A stretch of DNA of 64,000 nt from an uncultured Gammaproteobacteria bacterium (GCA_964565345.1 CAZMEQ010000001.1:9838-73837), one strand, 5' to 3'; numbered from the stretch's first letter, positions 8,784-20,017 are shown. The notes: generated from the sequence alone by a model not told the origin. Program-made: numbers and translations.

Positions 8784-9296
8784 TTATTGAATGATTTTAT
8801 AGCGTAGATTTATAACGTTTTGTCCTAGGTCTCTGGTTTCTAACAGTTCAAGTTTAATATTAAGGTCTAAATCTTTAAAGAGTGTTAACCCGCCGCCAAA
8901 AAGAATCGGTTCCACTGTTATTTGTAATTCATTGACTAAGCCGGCTTGTAAGAATAGGGAATTAATAGTCGTCCCGCCACCGAGTATAACTTCTTTGTAA
9001 CCACGTTTTTCTAAGGAGCCTAGTAATTCTTGTGGTGGAAGGTTTGTGTATTCAAGTTTTTCTGGAATATTTGTTTCTAGCTCTGGCTCTTTAGTCAAGA
9101 TTATATTTAATCTGCCTGGCAGTGGTCTATTGATTGTTTTGTAGGTATTTAAACCCATTATAATAACACCGGCTTCTTTGGTACGTTGAATAAAGATTTC
9201 TTTATCCGCTGATGAGGTCCAGTCAGTTGATGTTTGATTAGAGTTTTTCGCAATAAAGCCATCTGCTGTCATTACCATCATTAAAGTAACTTTCAT
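8784..9296 (-). CDS. dihydrofolate reductase-family protein (RibD C-terminal/DHFR fold)
   Basis: MTADGFIAK ... VIIMGLNTYKTINRPLPGRLNIILT ... ILGGGTTINSLFLQAGLVNEL is the typical DHFR-family pattern. Adjacent to the ThyA homolog. Confidence 0.7.
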   Translation of the reverse strand: MKVTLMMVMTADGFIAKNSNQTSTDWTSSADKEIFIQRTKEAGVIIMGLNTYKTINRPLPGRLNIILTKEPELETNIPEKLEYTNLPPQELLGSLEKRGYKEVILGGGTTINSLFLQAGLVNELQITVEPILFGGGLTLFKDLDLNIKLELLETRDLGQNVINLRYKIIQ

Positions 9297-9300
9297 ATTT

Positions 9301-10131
9301 TTATAAAACTATTTTTAAGCCATTAATTGGACCAAGTGGTTTATATTTTGATTCTAATAGACCAGTAATTTCGTTAACTAAGGTTTCGTCGCCACGTTCG
9401 GCGCGGTCAAAATAATCAGACTGAGCTTCAAAGTGAACCGGAGGGTGATCATTGTCGCGTTCGATTAACTCCCAAGCTTGTTTGTAATGAATGTCGTATA
9501 TGTGAGCGTTGGAAATAGTATGTGTTAGTTTTCCAGGTTTAACTCCGAGTTTTCCAGCTAGTACGCAAAGCAATAAATAAAATCCCGCGACATCATGTGG
9601 GCAGCCGAGCATCATATCATTGGAACGGACAACACTATGTATATGTAATTTATTGGCGATAATATTGGCTGTCCAAGTAAAGGGGCAGGGAACGTTTTTT
9701 TTGGTTTCTGGATTACCCAAACCATCTTCGCGGGGGTCCCAAGTGATTACTACTCCATGACGTGAACCAGGGGTGCCTTGGAGATGTTGGACTAAAAGAC
9801 CCAGTTGATCCCGGCCAAAAGCATGGCGCCAACGATATCCATAAGCCGCGGGAATAGTGCCATCCTGCTCGGTAAAGTCTTGCCAAATCTTTGTGAATTT
9901 ATTTACAAAATCATCTGGATTTTTACTGCCCATGATAAACCAAATTTGTTCGGCTACAAAGAGTTTTATCGGTATTTTGCGCAAAGTTAAAAGCGGAAAG
10001 CCTTTGTCTAATTCAAAAGTTAGTCCTGGAATTATTTTGGTGTGGTGCCCGGTTCTTTCGTTGTATTCATCGAAGCCTTCATTCATTATTTTAAGAATTC
10101 CAGCTTTATAAAGTTCATCAAATTGTGTCAT
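9301..10131 (-). CDS. thyA: thymidylate synthase-family enzyme with Asp at the Asn177-equivalent specificity position; possible dCMP C5-methylase/hydroxymethylase
   Basis: Conserved blocks: FPLLTLRK, EQIWFIMG, YGYRWR, catalytic Cys in VPCPF, then R-S-N-D, PHDVAGFY and AHIY. A gapless alignment to E. coli ThyA from Cys146 to Tyr181 puts Asp at the position of Asn177, Pro at His147 and Val at Gln165. Confidence 0.85.
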   Translation of the reverse strand: MTQFDELYKAGILKIMNEGFDEYNERTGHHTKIIPGLTFELDKGFPLLTLRKIPIKLFVAEQIWFIMGSKNPDDFVNKFTKIWQDFTEQDGTIPAAYGYRWRHAFGRDQLGLLVQHLQGTPGSRHGVVITWDPREDGLGNPETKKNVPCPFTWTANIIANKLHIHSVVRSNDMMLGCPHDVAGFYLLLCVLAGKLGVKPGKLTHTISNAHIYDIHYKQAWELIERDNDHPPVHFEAQSDYFDRAERGDETLVNEITGLLESKYKPLGPINGLKIVL

Positions 10132-10240
10132 ATAGAAAATAACATTGTCTTCATTTTAACAGATAAATGGGGGGGAGGAAAGCACTTTTCTTGACAAGTT
10201 TTGCAAAAAATACCCTAGTAGGTGCATAACAAAATACCAC

Positions 10241-10268
10241 CCGGTAAAAGGGTGGTATTGGATGTATA
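10241..10268 (-). terminator. hairpin terminator after rplA
   Basis: On the minus strand: ATACCACCC ttttacc GGGTGGTAT followed by TTTTG. Confidence 0.5.
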
Positions 10269-10271
10269 ATT

Positions 10272-10955
10272 TTACTTAATTTCCAGCTTGATGCCAGGTC
10301 CCATGGTGGTGCAAAGAGTAGCATTTTTGATATATACACCCTTTGATGTCTCTGGTTTCACTTTTTTGACAGCATCGATGAAAGTTTGAAAGTTTTCCAC
10401 CAACTGAGCATCATTAAGGCTCAATTTCCCAACTATTTGATGGATATTGGCCGTGTCATCATTTTTAAAGGCAATTTTACCTTTTTTAAGTTCGCCAATT
10501 GTTCTGCCGAGGTTTTGTGTGATCGTTTCGTTCTTTGGTGAGGGCATTAATCCTTTGGTACCAAGCATTCTGGCCAGAGGGGCCAAATTTTTCATGATTT
10601 CTGGGATGGCTACGGCTATTTCAAAGTCGATTTTACCTGATTTTTGTAGTTCAGCTAGGTTTGATTCTGTGTAGATGACGTCAGCTCCAGCGGCCTTTGC
10701 TTCGGCGGCTTTTTCCTCGGTTACAAAGGCAGCTACAACTTTTGATTTACCAAAGCTATGAGGCAAAACAACAGTACTGCGCACTTGTTGGTCCCCCTTT
10801 TTAGGGTCAATGCCAAGGCGTAGATGAACTTCCACTGATTCATCAAACTTTTTACCAGCAAGAGTTCTTGATAAAGTGACAGCTTCAGAAATGGAGTAAA
10901 GTTTGTTAGTTTCGATTTTAGCAGATTGCTTTTTGATTCTTTTTGATTGTGCCAT
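10272..10955 (-). CDS. rplA: 50S ribosomal protein L1
   Basis: GKKFDESVEVHLRLGIDPKKGDQQVRSTVVLPH is typical L1. 227 aa. Confidence 0.9.
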   Translation of the reverse strand: MAQSKRIKKQSAKIETNKLYSISEAVTLSRTLAGKKFDESVEVHLRLGIDPKKGDQQVRSTVVLPHSFGKSKVVAAFVTEEKAAEAKAAGADVIYTESNLAELQKSGKIDFEIAVAIPEIMKNLAPLARMLGTKGLMPSPKNETITQNLGRTIGELKKGKIAFKNDDTANIHQIVGKLSLNDAQLVENFQTFIDAVKKVKPETSKGVYIKNATLCTTMGPGIKLEIK

Positions 10956-11083
10956 ATAAAAATAAGGGTACGCGACCCTTAATTTATCCTAGGTTTATTA
11001 GGAGAAAGAAGAGTCGTGGTGGTAACGTCCTTCGTAGCTTTAGCGAAGAAGGACTCCCACAACATTATAAATATTAATTTAAC
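10956..11083 (-). promoter_or_regulatory. structured rplK-rplA intergenic leader (candidate L1 autoregulatory mRNA site)
   Basis: Two hairpins on the minus-strand transcript: GTCCTTCTTCGC taaagcta CGAAGGAC and AAGGGTCGCGTACCCTT. The second lies directly upstream of the rplA start. Confidence 0.25.
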
Positions 11084-11506
11084 TTACTTGATTTCTACAC
11101 CCATTTGTCTTGCTGTGCCAGCAATACTCTTCATAGCTTGTTCAACATTGGTGGTATTAAGGTCTGGCAATTTTGTTTCAGCAATTTGACGTAATTGATC
11201 CTTGGTAATGCTCCCGGCTTTTTCGGTTAAAGGATTCTTGGCGCCGGATTTAATTCCAGCGGCTTTTTTGATTAATTCAGAAGCTGGAGGTGTCTTCATT
11301 ATAAAGTCGAAAGAACGATCTTCATAAACAGTAATTATAACTGGAACGATGTCTCCGCCTTTATCTTTTGTTGCTTCGTTAAAACGGTTAACAAAGTCTT
11401 GAATTGCGACACCATGTTGACCCAAGGCTGGACCAACTGGTGGTGCTGGGGTAGCCTTGCCACCTGCAATTTGCAGTTTGATTAAGGCTTTAATTTTTTT
11501 AGCCAT
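11084..11506 (-). CDS. rplK: 50S ribosomal protein L11
   Basis: [33 protein letters not shown] is a canonical L11 N-terminus. Confidence 0.9.
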   Translation of the reverse strand: MAKKIKALIKLQIAGGKATPAPPVGPALGQHGVAIQDFVNRFNEATKDKGGDIVPVIITVYEDRSFDFIMKTPPASELIKKAAGIKSGAKNPLTEKAGSITKDQLRQIAETKLPDLNTTNVEQAMKSIAGTARQMGVEIK

Positions 11507-11578
11507 ACTTGTAACAAGCGCTCGGGTATCTAATCTAATATCCCTATTTGATTAAAATCTGAGCAACTTAGTTATATT

Positions 11579-12124
11579 TTATAATTTTGTAACTTGTAAA
11601 TAATCGAGTTCAATAGGAGTCTCTCGACCAAACATAGAAACAAGAACTTTAACCTTGCCACGTTCTTCATCAATCGCAGAAATTTTTCCTTCAAAATTTT
11701 TGAATGGTCCATCAACGATTTTAACTGGAGCGTCCACCGTAACATCAATAGTGTATTTGGGTTCGTCAACACCCATGCGTTTTTGTAAATCCTTCATTTC
11801 CTTTTCTGATATTGGTGTCGGGACTGTGCCTGTACCAATAAAGCCAGTTACATTTGGAGTGTTTCTAACTACATACCAAGAATCATCGGTAACAATCATT
11901 TCAACAAAGACATAACCAGGAAATATTTTTTCAGTAATAACTTTTCTTTTCCCGTTCTTAATTTTTATTTTTTTCTCCGTAGGAATCAAAATGTTATAGA
12001 TTTTATCCTCCATATCCATTGATTCAATACGCTGCTTTAAATTCTCGGCTACATTTTCTTCGTAACCAGAATAAGTATGAATAACATACCAGCGGCGGCC
12101 ACGGTTCGCAACTTGTTTTGGCAT
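11579..12124 (-). CDS. nusG: transcription termination/antitermination factor NusG
   Basis: NGN domain (WYVIHTYSGYEENV) and a C-terminal KOW domain (GKVKVLVSMFGRETPIELD). Confidence 0.9.
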   Translation of the reverse strand: MPKQVANRGRRWYVIHTYSGYEENVAENLKQRIESMDMEDKIYNILIPTEKKIKIKNGKRKVITEKIFPGYVFVEMIVTDDSWYVVRNTPNVTGFIGTGTVPTPISEKEMKDLQKRMGVDEPKYTIDVTVDAPVKIVDGPFKNFEGKISAIDEERGKVKVLVSMFGRETPIELDYLQVTKL

Positions 12125-12134
12125 ATCTTAATAT

Positions 12135-12326
12135 TTATTTGATAAATAACCCTAAGATTTTTGAAAAGCCAAAGTCAAGAAGTCCAAGAAAAAAGGCAGT
12201 AAATAAACTAATCCCAATAACTATTAAAGTGTGTTTGGTTGTCTCTTTGCGAGTAGGCCAGGTTACTTTCTTGAGTTCATTTTTTGCAGAAATTAAGTAC
12301 TGAATAAAACGTAAATCTTTAAGATT
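12135..12326 (-). CDS. secE: preprotein translocase subunit SecE
   Basis: KNELKKVTWPTRKETTKHTLIVIGISLFTAFFLGLLDF has a single TM, and the gene sits upstream of nusG. The ORF is open to 12419, but an internal Met start gives the usual size of about 60 aa. Confidence 0.7.
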   Translation of the reverse strand, partial: NLKDLRFIQYLISAKNELKKVTWPTRKETTKHTLIVIGISLFTAFFLGLLDFGFSKILGLFIK

Positions 12327-12340
12327 CATATTGGTTGAAT

Positions 12341-12365
12341 GTATTTTAAAAAGGCCCTTTGGCCT
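12341..12365 (-). terminator. hairpin terminator after gyrB
   Basis: On the minus strand: AGGCCAAAGGGCCT followed by TTTTTAAAA. Confidence 0.4.
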
Positions 12366-12441
12366 ATTTATAACAAAATTATAGTACAAAAATGTCAACT
12401 TGGCAAGCTTGTAGTACAATTAGCTAAAATAAGCCAATATA

Positions 12442-14535
<2,094 letters not shown>

Positions 14536-14676
14536 CTATTCTAGCATAAAAGAATGGCAAAGTGAAGTCTTTAATACACAAAAATTTTCGTAAACAGGGC
14601 GTTTTGTGTTATAATTTAATTGTTTATAAAAGTACATATTCATGATTATATTCTTGAATAGGTACTAACAAAAAAT

Positions 14677-15561
14677 ATGTCAAACAATATTTACAACAAC
14701 TTGAGTGAAAAAGAATTAAAATACAGTTATTGGTATGTGACCCATCGTGTTTTTTTAAGAAAATTAGGGGTGTTGGCTTTGGCTTCGTGTTCTATAGGTT
14801 TGTTGATTTATGGGTTGTTTTTAGTTTCTAGCTATTATATTGAAGATGCTTCTAAGTCTCGGGATTTAGCTGCTAGCTTGTCGCAGGATAAGTTAAATTT
14901 AGAACTTTTAGCTGAGTCGAATAAGCCAAGGGATTTGCAGGTTAGTGAAACCCGTGTTTTGCGGGGAAATCAAGGAATGGTTGATTTTGTGGCTACAATT
15001 TTTAACCCCAACGTACAATGGGCAGTCGATAAGTTGGAATATTATTTTTTAAATGGTGAAGATAAAACAGAGCTTGCAACGGCATATATTTTGCCGGGTC
15101 AAGAAAAATATTTACTTCATTTTAATTATCCTTCTAGTAATACGGGTTTGCAGGTACGTATTATTATTGAAACCGTTCATTGGCAAAAGGTGGTAGATTT
15201 TACAGCTCAACAAGAAAATGCAGTCAACTTCGAAATAACAAATGCAGCCATAACTTCGATTATCAAGCCTGGTAAAGAAACAACCGAGAGCGTTACTAAT
15301 GTAACGTTTGATGTTTTAAATCGATCTGCATATAGTTTTTGGGAGCCGCGTTTTGTGGTTTTATTGGAACGGGGTGATCAGTTAATCGCGGTTGCAGAAA
15401 CACATCTAAGCACCCTGGGATCGAATGAGTTAAGAAAAGAAAGTATTAATTTGTTCCAAACTTTACCAGCCTCCACTCAGCTTCGTGTTGTGCCGGATAT
15501 TAATATCTTAGACCCCAATGTTTTTAAAGGTTTTAATATAGAGGTGGGCGAGCGTAAGTAG
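14677..15561 (+). CDS. hypothetical membrane-anchored protein
   Basis: 294-aa ORF with one N-proximal TM helix (LGVLALASCSIGLLIYGLFLV). Extended -10 TGTGTTATAAT lies upstream. Confidence 0.5.
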   Translation: MSNNIYNNLSEKELKYSYWYVTHRVFLRKLGVLALASCSIGLLIYGLFLVSSYYIEDASKSRDLAASLSQDKLNLELLAESNKPRDLQVSETRVLRGNQGMVDFVATIFNPNVQWAVDKLEYYFLNGEDKTELATAYILPGQEKYLLHFNYPSSNTGLQVRIIIETVHWQKVVDFTAQQENAVNFEITNAAITSIIKPGKETTESVTNVTFDVLNRSAYSFWEPRFVVLLERGDQLIAVAETHLSTLGSNELRKESINLFQTLPASTQLRVVPDINILDPNVFKGFNIEVGERK

Positions 15562-15612
15562 CTATACAATTTTGGTAAAATAAATTAAGATAGCGCTAGT
15601 CTCTATCTTTTT

Positions 15613-16701
15613 ATGTTGAAAAATGCGTTTTACAATTTACGCCGCTTGGATTGGTTACTTGTTTTGGCTGTTTTTGGTCTTTTTTGCCTTGGTTTGGCAG
15701 CGATTTATAGTATTGATTTGAGCAAAGACCAGAGTGACAATTTTGAAAAGCAGGTTATTTTTGGTGTTGTCGGCCTCTTATTTATGTTTATTTTAGCCTC
15801 GATTAATTATTCGGGTTGGCTTATTACCGGAAGACTAATTTATGTCCTAACCTGGTTGCTTTTAATAGCAGTTCTTTTTTTGGGATCAACGATTAGAGGA
15901 ACACGTGGTTGGTTTAATTTTTTGGGTTTAGGTATTCAACCGGCAGAATTAGCAAAAGTGGTTTTAATTATTATGTTGGCACACTTTTTCAGTAACAGAT
16001 TACAGCAATTCAGAGTGGGGAAGCATATAGTTTTTAGTTTTTTAGTTACATTGTTGTATGTTGTCCCGGTTATGTGGCAACCAGATTTTGGTTCAGCTGC
16101 AATTATGTTGGGCATTTGGTTTATTTTATTGATTTTAACAGGAATCCCCAAGGGATATATTATTGTTTTGGTTTCAGTAATTATTTTTGTTATGTGCTTA
16201 TCCTGGTTTTTCTTTTTGGCTGATTATCAGAAAGAAAGAATTGAAACCTTTCTTGATCCAACTTCCGATCCATTGGGGAGTGGTTATAATGTTTCGCAGT
16301 CTATTATTGGCATCGGTTCTGGGTATATTTGGGGGCGTGGTTTGGGGTTCGGTTCACAAAGTCAATTAAAATTTATCCCCGAGAGCCAAACGGATTTTGT
16401 TTTTGCTGTTATCGCAGAAGAGTTGGGTCTTTTTGGCGTTATTTTGGTTTTAGGTCTTTTTGCTATAGTTTTTTATCGATTGATTGCTATCGCCCGTCGA
16501 GCGCACGATGATTTTGGTTTATTCTTGGTTTTGGGGATAGTTATTGTCTTATTTTTACATGTTTTTATTAATATTGGCATGAATATGGGGGTAATGCCAG
16601 TTACAGGAATTTCTTTGCCCTTTCTAAGTTATGGAGGAAGCTTTTTATTGATATGTTTAGCGATGGTTGGGCTGGCTCAAAGTGTGGCTGTTAGAAGATA
16701 G
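15613..16701 (+). CDS. SEDS-family peptidoglycan glycosyltransferase (FtsW/RodA)
   Basis: Polytopic membrane protein with the FtsW/RodA signature GSGYNVSQSIIGIGSGYIWGRGLGFGSQ ... FIPESQTDFVFAVIAEELG. Confidence 0.85.
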   Translation: MLKNAFYNLRRLDWLLVLAVFGLFCLGLAAIYSIDLSKDQSDNFEKQVIFGVVGLLFMFILASINYSGWLITGRLIYVLTWLLLIAVLFLGSTIRGTRGWFNFLGLGIQPAELAKVVLIIMLAHFFSNRLQQFRVGKHIVFSFLVTLLYVVPVMWQPDFGSAAIMLGIWFILLILTGIPKGYIIVLVSVIIFVMCLSWFFFLADYQKERIETFLDPTSDPLGSGYNVSQSIIGIGSGYIWGRGLGFGSQSQLKFIPESQTDFVFAVIAEELGLFGVILVLGLFAIVFYRLIAIARRAHDDFGLFLVLGIVIVLFLHVFINIGMNMGVMPVTGISLPFLSYGGSFLLICLAMVGLAQSVAVRR

Positions 16702-16772
16702 TCTCTTGGGTTGACTAAAATAAGTACTTTTGGTATAATCCTTCTCGATATTAAGAAACTAAGTTTTCGTAT

Positions 16773-17438
16773 ATGATTTACAATTTAGAGGCATCTATTA
16801 GAAAAGAATTAAAAAAGAAGGTCCAGACGTTACGAAAAAACAGTTTGGTGCCTGGTGTTATTTATGGCCCAGAGGTCAAAGAGAATATTAATATCTCAAT
16901 TGATGCGGTTAAGTTAGAAAAAATTTATAATGAAGCTGGTGAAAACTCGTTGATCAATTTAACACTTGATAGCGGGAAGGAAGCTTTAGAAGTTTTGATT
17001 AAGGATGTTGTTTTTTCTCCAGTGAGCCATCGCATTGATCATGTTGATTTCTATCAAATTAAAAAGGGTCAAAAATTGGATATTGAACCAGAATTGGTTT
17101 TCTTTGGTGTCGCGCCTGCAGTTAAAGAATTGGGTGGAATTCTGGTTAAAAATCTTGATAAAATTGAAATTCGTTGTTTACCCAAGGATATGATTTCTGA
17201 GATTCAGGTGGATTTAACAAGTCTAAAAACTTTTGAAGATAAAATTTTAGTTAAGGACTTAAATATTCCAGAAAGCGTTGAAGTTTTGACAGATCTTGAA
17301 GAAGCGGTTGCTGTTATTTCTAAACCAGAGGAAGAAGAAAAATCTCAGGGAAGTGCTGAAGTTAAGGAGCCTGAGGTTATAGGTAAGAAAGAAGCTCCAG
17401 CAGAAGGTGGTGAAAACAAGGGAGACAAAAAAGAATAA
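16773..17438 (+). CDS. rplY: 50S ribosomal protein L25 (Ctc form)
   Basis: SIRKELKKKVQTLRKNSLVPGVIYGPEVKENINISI is an L25 N-domain, followed by an acidic/Lys-rich C-terminal tail. Confidence 0.8.
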   Translation: MIYNLEASIRKELKKKVQTLRKNSLVPGVIYGPEVKENINISIDAVKLEKIYNEAGENSLINLTLDSGKEALEVLIKDVVFSPVSHRIDHVDFYQIKKGQKLDIEPELVFFGVAPAVKELGGILVKNLDKIEIRCLPKDMISEIQVDLTSLKTFEDKILVKDLNIPESVEVLTDLEEAVAVISKPEEEEKSQGSAEVKEPEVIGKKEAPAEGGENKGDKKE

Positions 17439-17493
17439 TTTGCTTTAGCTTAAAAAGTGCCTTATATTGTAGAAGTATAAGGCACTTTTATTT

Positions 17494-18534
17494 ATGCTTA
17501 AAATAAGAAAACAACGTTTTAGTTTTATCTTTTTAATTGTTTTGTTGGTGGTATTTTTATCGATCGCCGTTGCTGTTGTAGTTAAGAATACCAAAACCGT
17601 AAATATTCCTATAAGCTCAATAAAAGAGACAGGCGATTTGTCTCAAGGCGTGTGTGAGTCTAGGCTGGCTATTGATGGCACCTGTATTGAAGGAATTGAC
17701 CCGGGAGTTTTTGCTGTGATGATTGATAATCATGTGGGAGCCAGGCCATCAGCGGGGTTGAGTCAGGCTAGATTGGTTTATGAAACAATCGTAGAACACC
17801 CGATTACTCGTTTTTTGGCTGTGTTTTCTTTTCTTGATGAAGTAGAGAAGATTGGACCTATCCGTTCGGCTCGCCCTTTTTATGTCGACTGGGCAAAAGA
17901 GTTTAATGGCCCGTATGTTCATGTTGGTGGGAGTGATAAGGCAATTGAAACTTTAAATGCAACCTATAAGTTTAATTTGGACGAATTTTATAACGGTAAA
18001 TATTTTTATCGAGACAATTACCGTAGTGCTCCGCACAATGTTTTTACTTCTAGTTTGAAAGTTAACCAGGCACTAAAAGATAAAGAATGGGTTCCAGAAG
18101 TTAGTTTTTCTTCATGGAAATACAATAATGAGGTCCCAGAAGATGGGGGGATAAAAACATTAGAGCTAAATTTTAAGACCTCCGATTTTTTAGTCCGCTG
18201 GGAATACGACGTGACAACAAAAGAATATGTCAGATATCAAAAAAATAAAATTCATGCCGATTTTGATGGAAGGGAAATACGTGCTAAGAACATTGCAGTA
18301 GTATACACAGATAGTGAGATTGTTGATGGGTATGGTCGCTTGGAAACAAGAACTATAGGTCGTGGTCCGAGTTTAGTTTTTAGAAATGGAGAAGTTGTGG
18401 AGGGATATTGGCAGAGGGAGTATTTGGCTGATAGAACTACTTTTTATGATAAGGCGGGGAATGAAATAACTTTTAATATCGGAACAACCTGGATAGAAGT
18501 AATAACGCCAGGTTGGGCTGAGGTCAAGTATTAA
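17494..18534 (+). CDS. secreted DUF3048-like protein
   Basis: N-terminal TM/signal. Motifs PSAGLSQARLVYETIVEHPITRFLAVF and GPIRSARPFY recall the DUF3048 family. Confidence 0.45.
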   Translation: MLKIRKQRFSFIFLIVLLVVFLSIAVAVVVKNTKTVNIPISSIKETGDLSQGVCESRLAIDGTCIEGIDPGVFAVMIDNHVGARPSAGLSQARLVYETIVEHPITRFLAVFSFLDEVEKIGPIRSARPFYVDWAKEFNGPYVHVGGSDKAIETLNATYKFNLDEFYNGKYFYRDNYRSAPHNVFTSSLKVNQALKDKEWVPEVSFSSWKYNNEVPEDGGIKTLELNFKTSDFLVRWEYDVTTKEYVRYQKNKIHADFDGREIRAKNIAVVYTDSEIVDGYGRLETRTIGRGPSLVFRNGEVVEGYWQREYLADRTTFYDKAGNEITFNIGTTWIEVITPGWAEVKY

Positions 18535-18535
18535 T

Positions 18536-19258
18536 ATGTCAACGAAAAAAGAAAATTTTTTTGCATTTTTGCTGATTTTAATTTTTGCATCAGGTCTCGC
18601 GATTTTTGTTTGGAATAAAATTCAAGGGAGGGATTTATCTAAAGCGCCCAATTTTGATTTGTCCGCCTATAATTCAATCGATTTAGTTAATGACCTTGAT
18701 CCTAGTATCAAAAAACAAATTAGTTCTGAGTTAGCGCGTGCCATGAAGTCAAAGGACAAGGGCGAGAATCTTTTCGCAGATAAGATCAATGTTGATAACA
18801 ATGATAAGGGGTTGTCATCTGGCTTTATATATTTTAAGGATTCCTTCCGTTTAGAAAACAACACTAAAACAACAAACATGATACAAAGTTTTTTGGATGA
18901 TTTTCCTGAGCTAAAAGGGGCAATGTTGGAAAATTTTGATGTTTTTAAGACTATAAAGATTGAGTTGCCTGCTTTAGAGCGAGACAAGATTTTAGAAGAA
19001 GTTAAAGCGCATGAGTTGGTGGCTGATGTTTTGTTAGTAAAGGCTCCAGTGTGGCAGATTAATTTTAAATTGGGTCGAAATGAAGAGGAGATACAAAACT
19101 TTATAAATAATTTTCCTGATGTAAAAATGCTTCCGATTGAAAGGACGATAGTTGAGGGGTATGTGGCTCGAGCCAGCATTAAGGAGTTAAAGCTAGAACC
19201 TGCTTTTATTGAAAAAATGCAAAAAGAATATTCTGATGTTATTACAATATTGCCATAA
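18536..19258 (+). CDS. hypothetical protein with N-terminal TM anchor
   Basis: 240-aa ORF starting 1 nt after the previous stop. TM helix FFAFLLILIFASGLAIFVW. Confidence 0.5.
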   Translation: MSTKKENFFAFLLILIFASGLAIFVWNKIQGRDLSKAPNFDLSAYNSIDLVNDLDPSIKKQISSELARAMKSKDKGENLFADKINVDNNDKGLSSGFIYFKDSFRLENNTKTTNMIQSFLDDFPELKGAMLENFDVFKTIKIELPALERDKILEEVKAHELVADVLLVKAPVWQINFKLGRNEEEIQNFINNFPDVKMLPIERTIVEGYVARASIKELKLEPAFIEKMQKEYSDVITILP

Positions 19259-19259
19259 T

Positions 19260-19943
19260 ATGAAAATAGGTTTTTCAACAGCAGATTTTTATCAAGAAAA
19301 AAATCAATTAGCACGTGATTTATTGGAACAGCAACTTAGCCTAGGATCAGAAGTAATTGAAGTGAATACTGGCGCGTCAGTGATTCGTGCTCAAATGCTT
19401 GGTTTATCCTCTAGCTATTTTGATGATTTTAAGTTTAAAACACTTCACGCGCCAGCAAGTATAGATGCTGCAGTTTTATCTGAATTAATCAGACTCCAAG
19501 ATAAATTTAATTTCGATTACATAAATTTTCATCCCGATCAGCTCGATATTAAGTTGTTAGAAGTTTTAGGACGTTCAGGGTTACCTGTTTGTGTCGAAAA
19601 CATGGATAGTCGTAAATTAAATTTTCGTGATGTTGAATCAATGGAAAAGTTATTGAATACATATCCTTTTGGCCTGGTTTTGGATTTGAATCATTGCTAC
19701 TCGAACGGGGAAAACATGGATTTAGTTAATGAGTTTTGGAATAGGTTGGAGAAGAGGATAAAATATTTTCATTTGAGTGGCTTTACTACTTTGCATGAAC
19801 CTTTGTATAAGACGAGACAACGAGAACTAGTTGATTTTGTTGAAAGTAAGGACAGGCCAGTGGTGATTGAAAGTATGTTAGCTGATCGTAGTGAAATGGA
19901 GCAAGAGTGGCACTACATTGTTGATAACATGCTTGATCGATAA
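19260..19943 (+). CDS. TIM-barrel sugar-phosphate isomerase/epimerase-like protein (tentative)
   Basis: ATG at 19260, right after the previous stop. MKIGFSTADF ... alternating beta/alpha pattern. Weak resemblance to the xylose-isomerase-like TIM-barrel family. Confidence 0.35.
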   Translation: MKIGFSTADFYQEKNQLARDLLEQQLSLGSEVIEVNTGASVIRAQMLGLSSSYFDDFKFKTLHAPASIDAAVLSELIRLQDKFNFDYINFHPDQLDIKLLEVLGRSGLPVCVENMDSRKLNFRDVESMEKLLNTYPFGLVLDLNHCYSNGENMDLVNEFWNRLEKRIKYFHLSGFTTLHEPLYKTRQRELVDFVESKDRPVVIESMLADRSEMEQEWHYIVDNMLDR

Positions 19944-20017
19944 TTTTTTGTTTTATTTTTGCGTGCTTAAGGGCATGCTTTTTTTATTTGTTTTTTCAAA
20001 AGAAAGTTATTTGCAAC

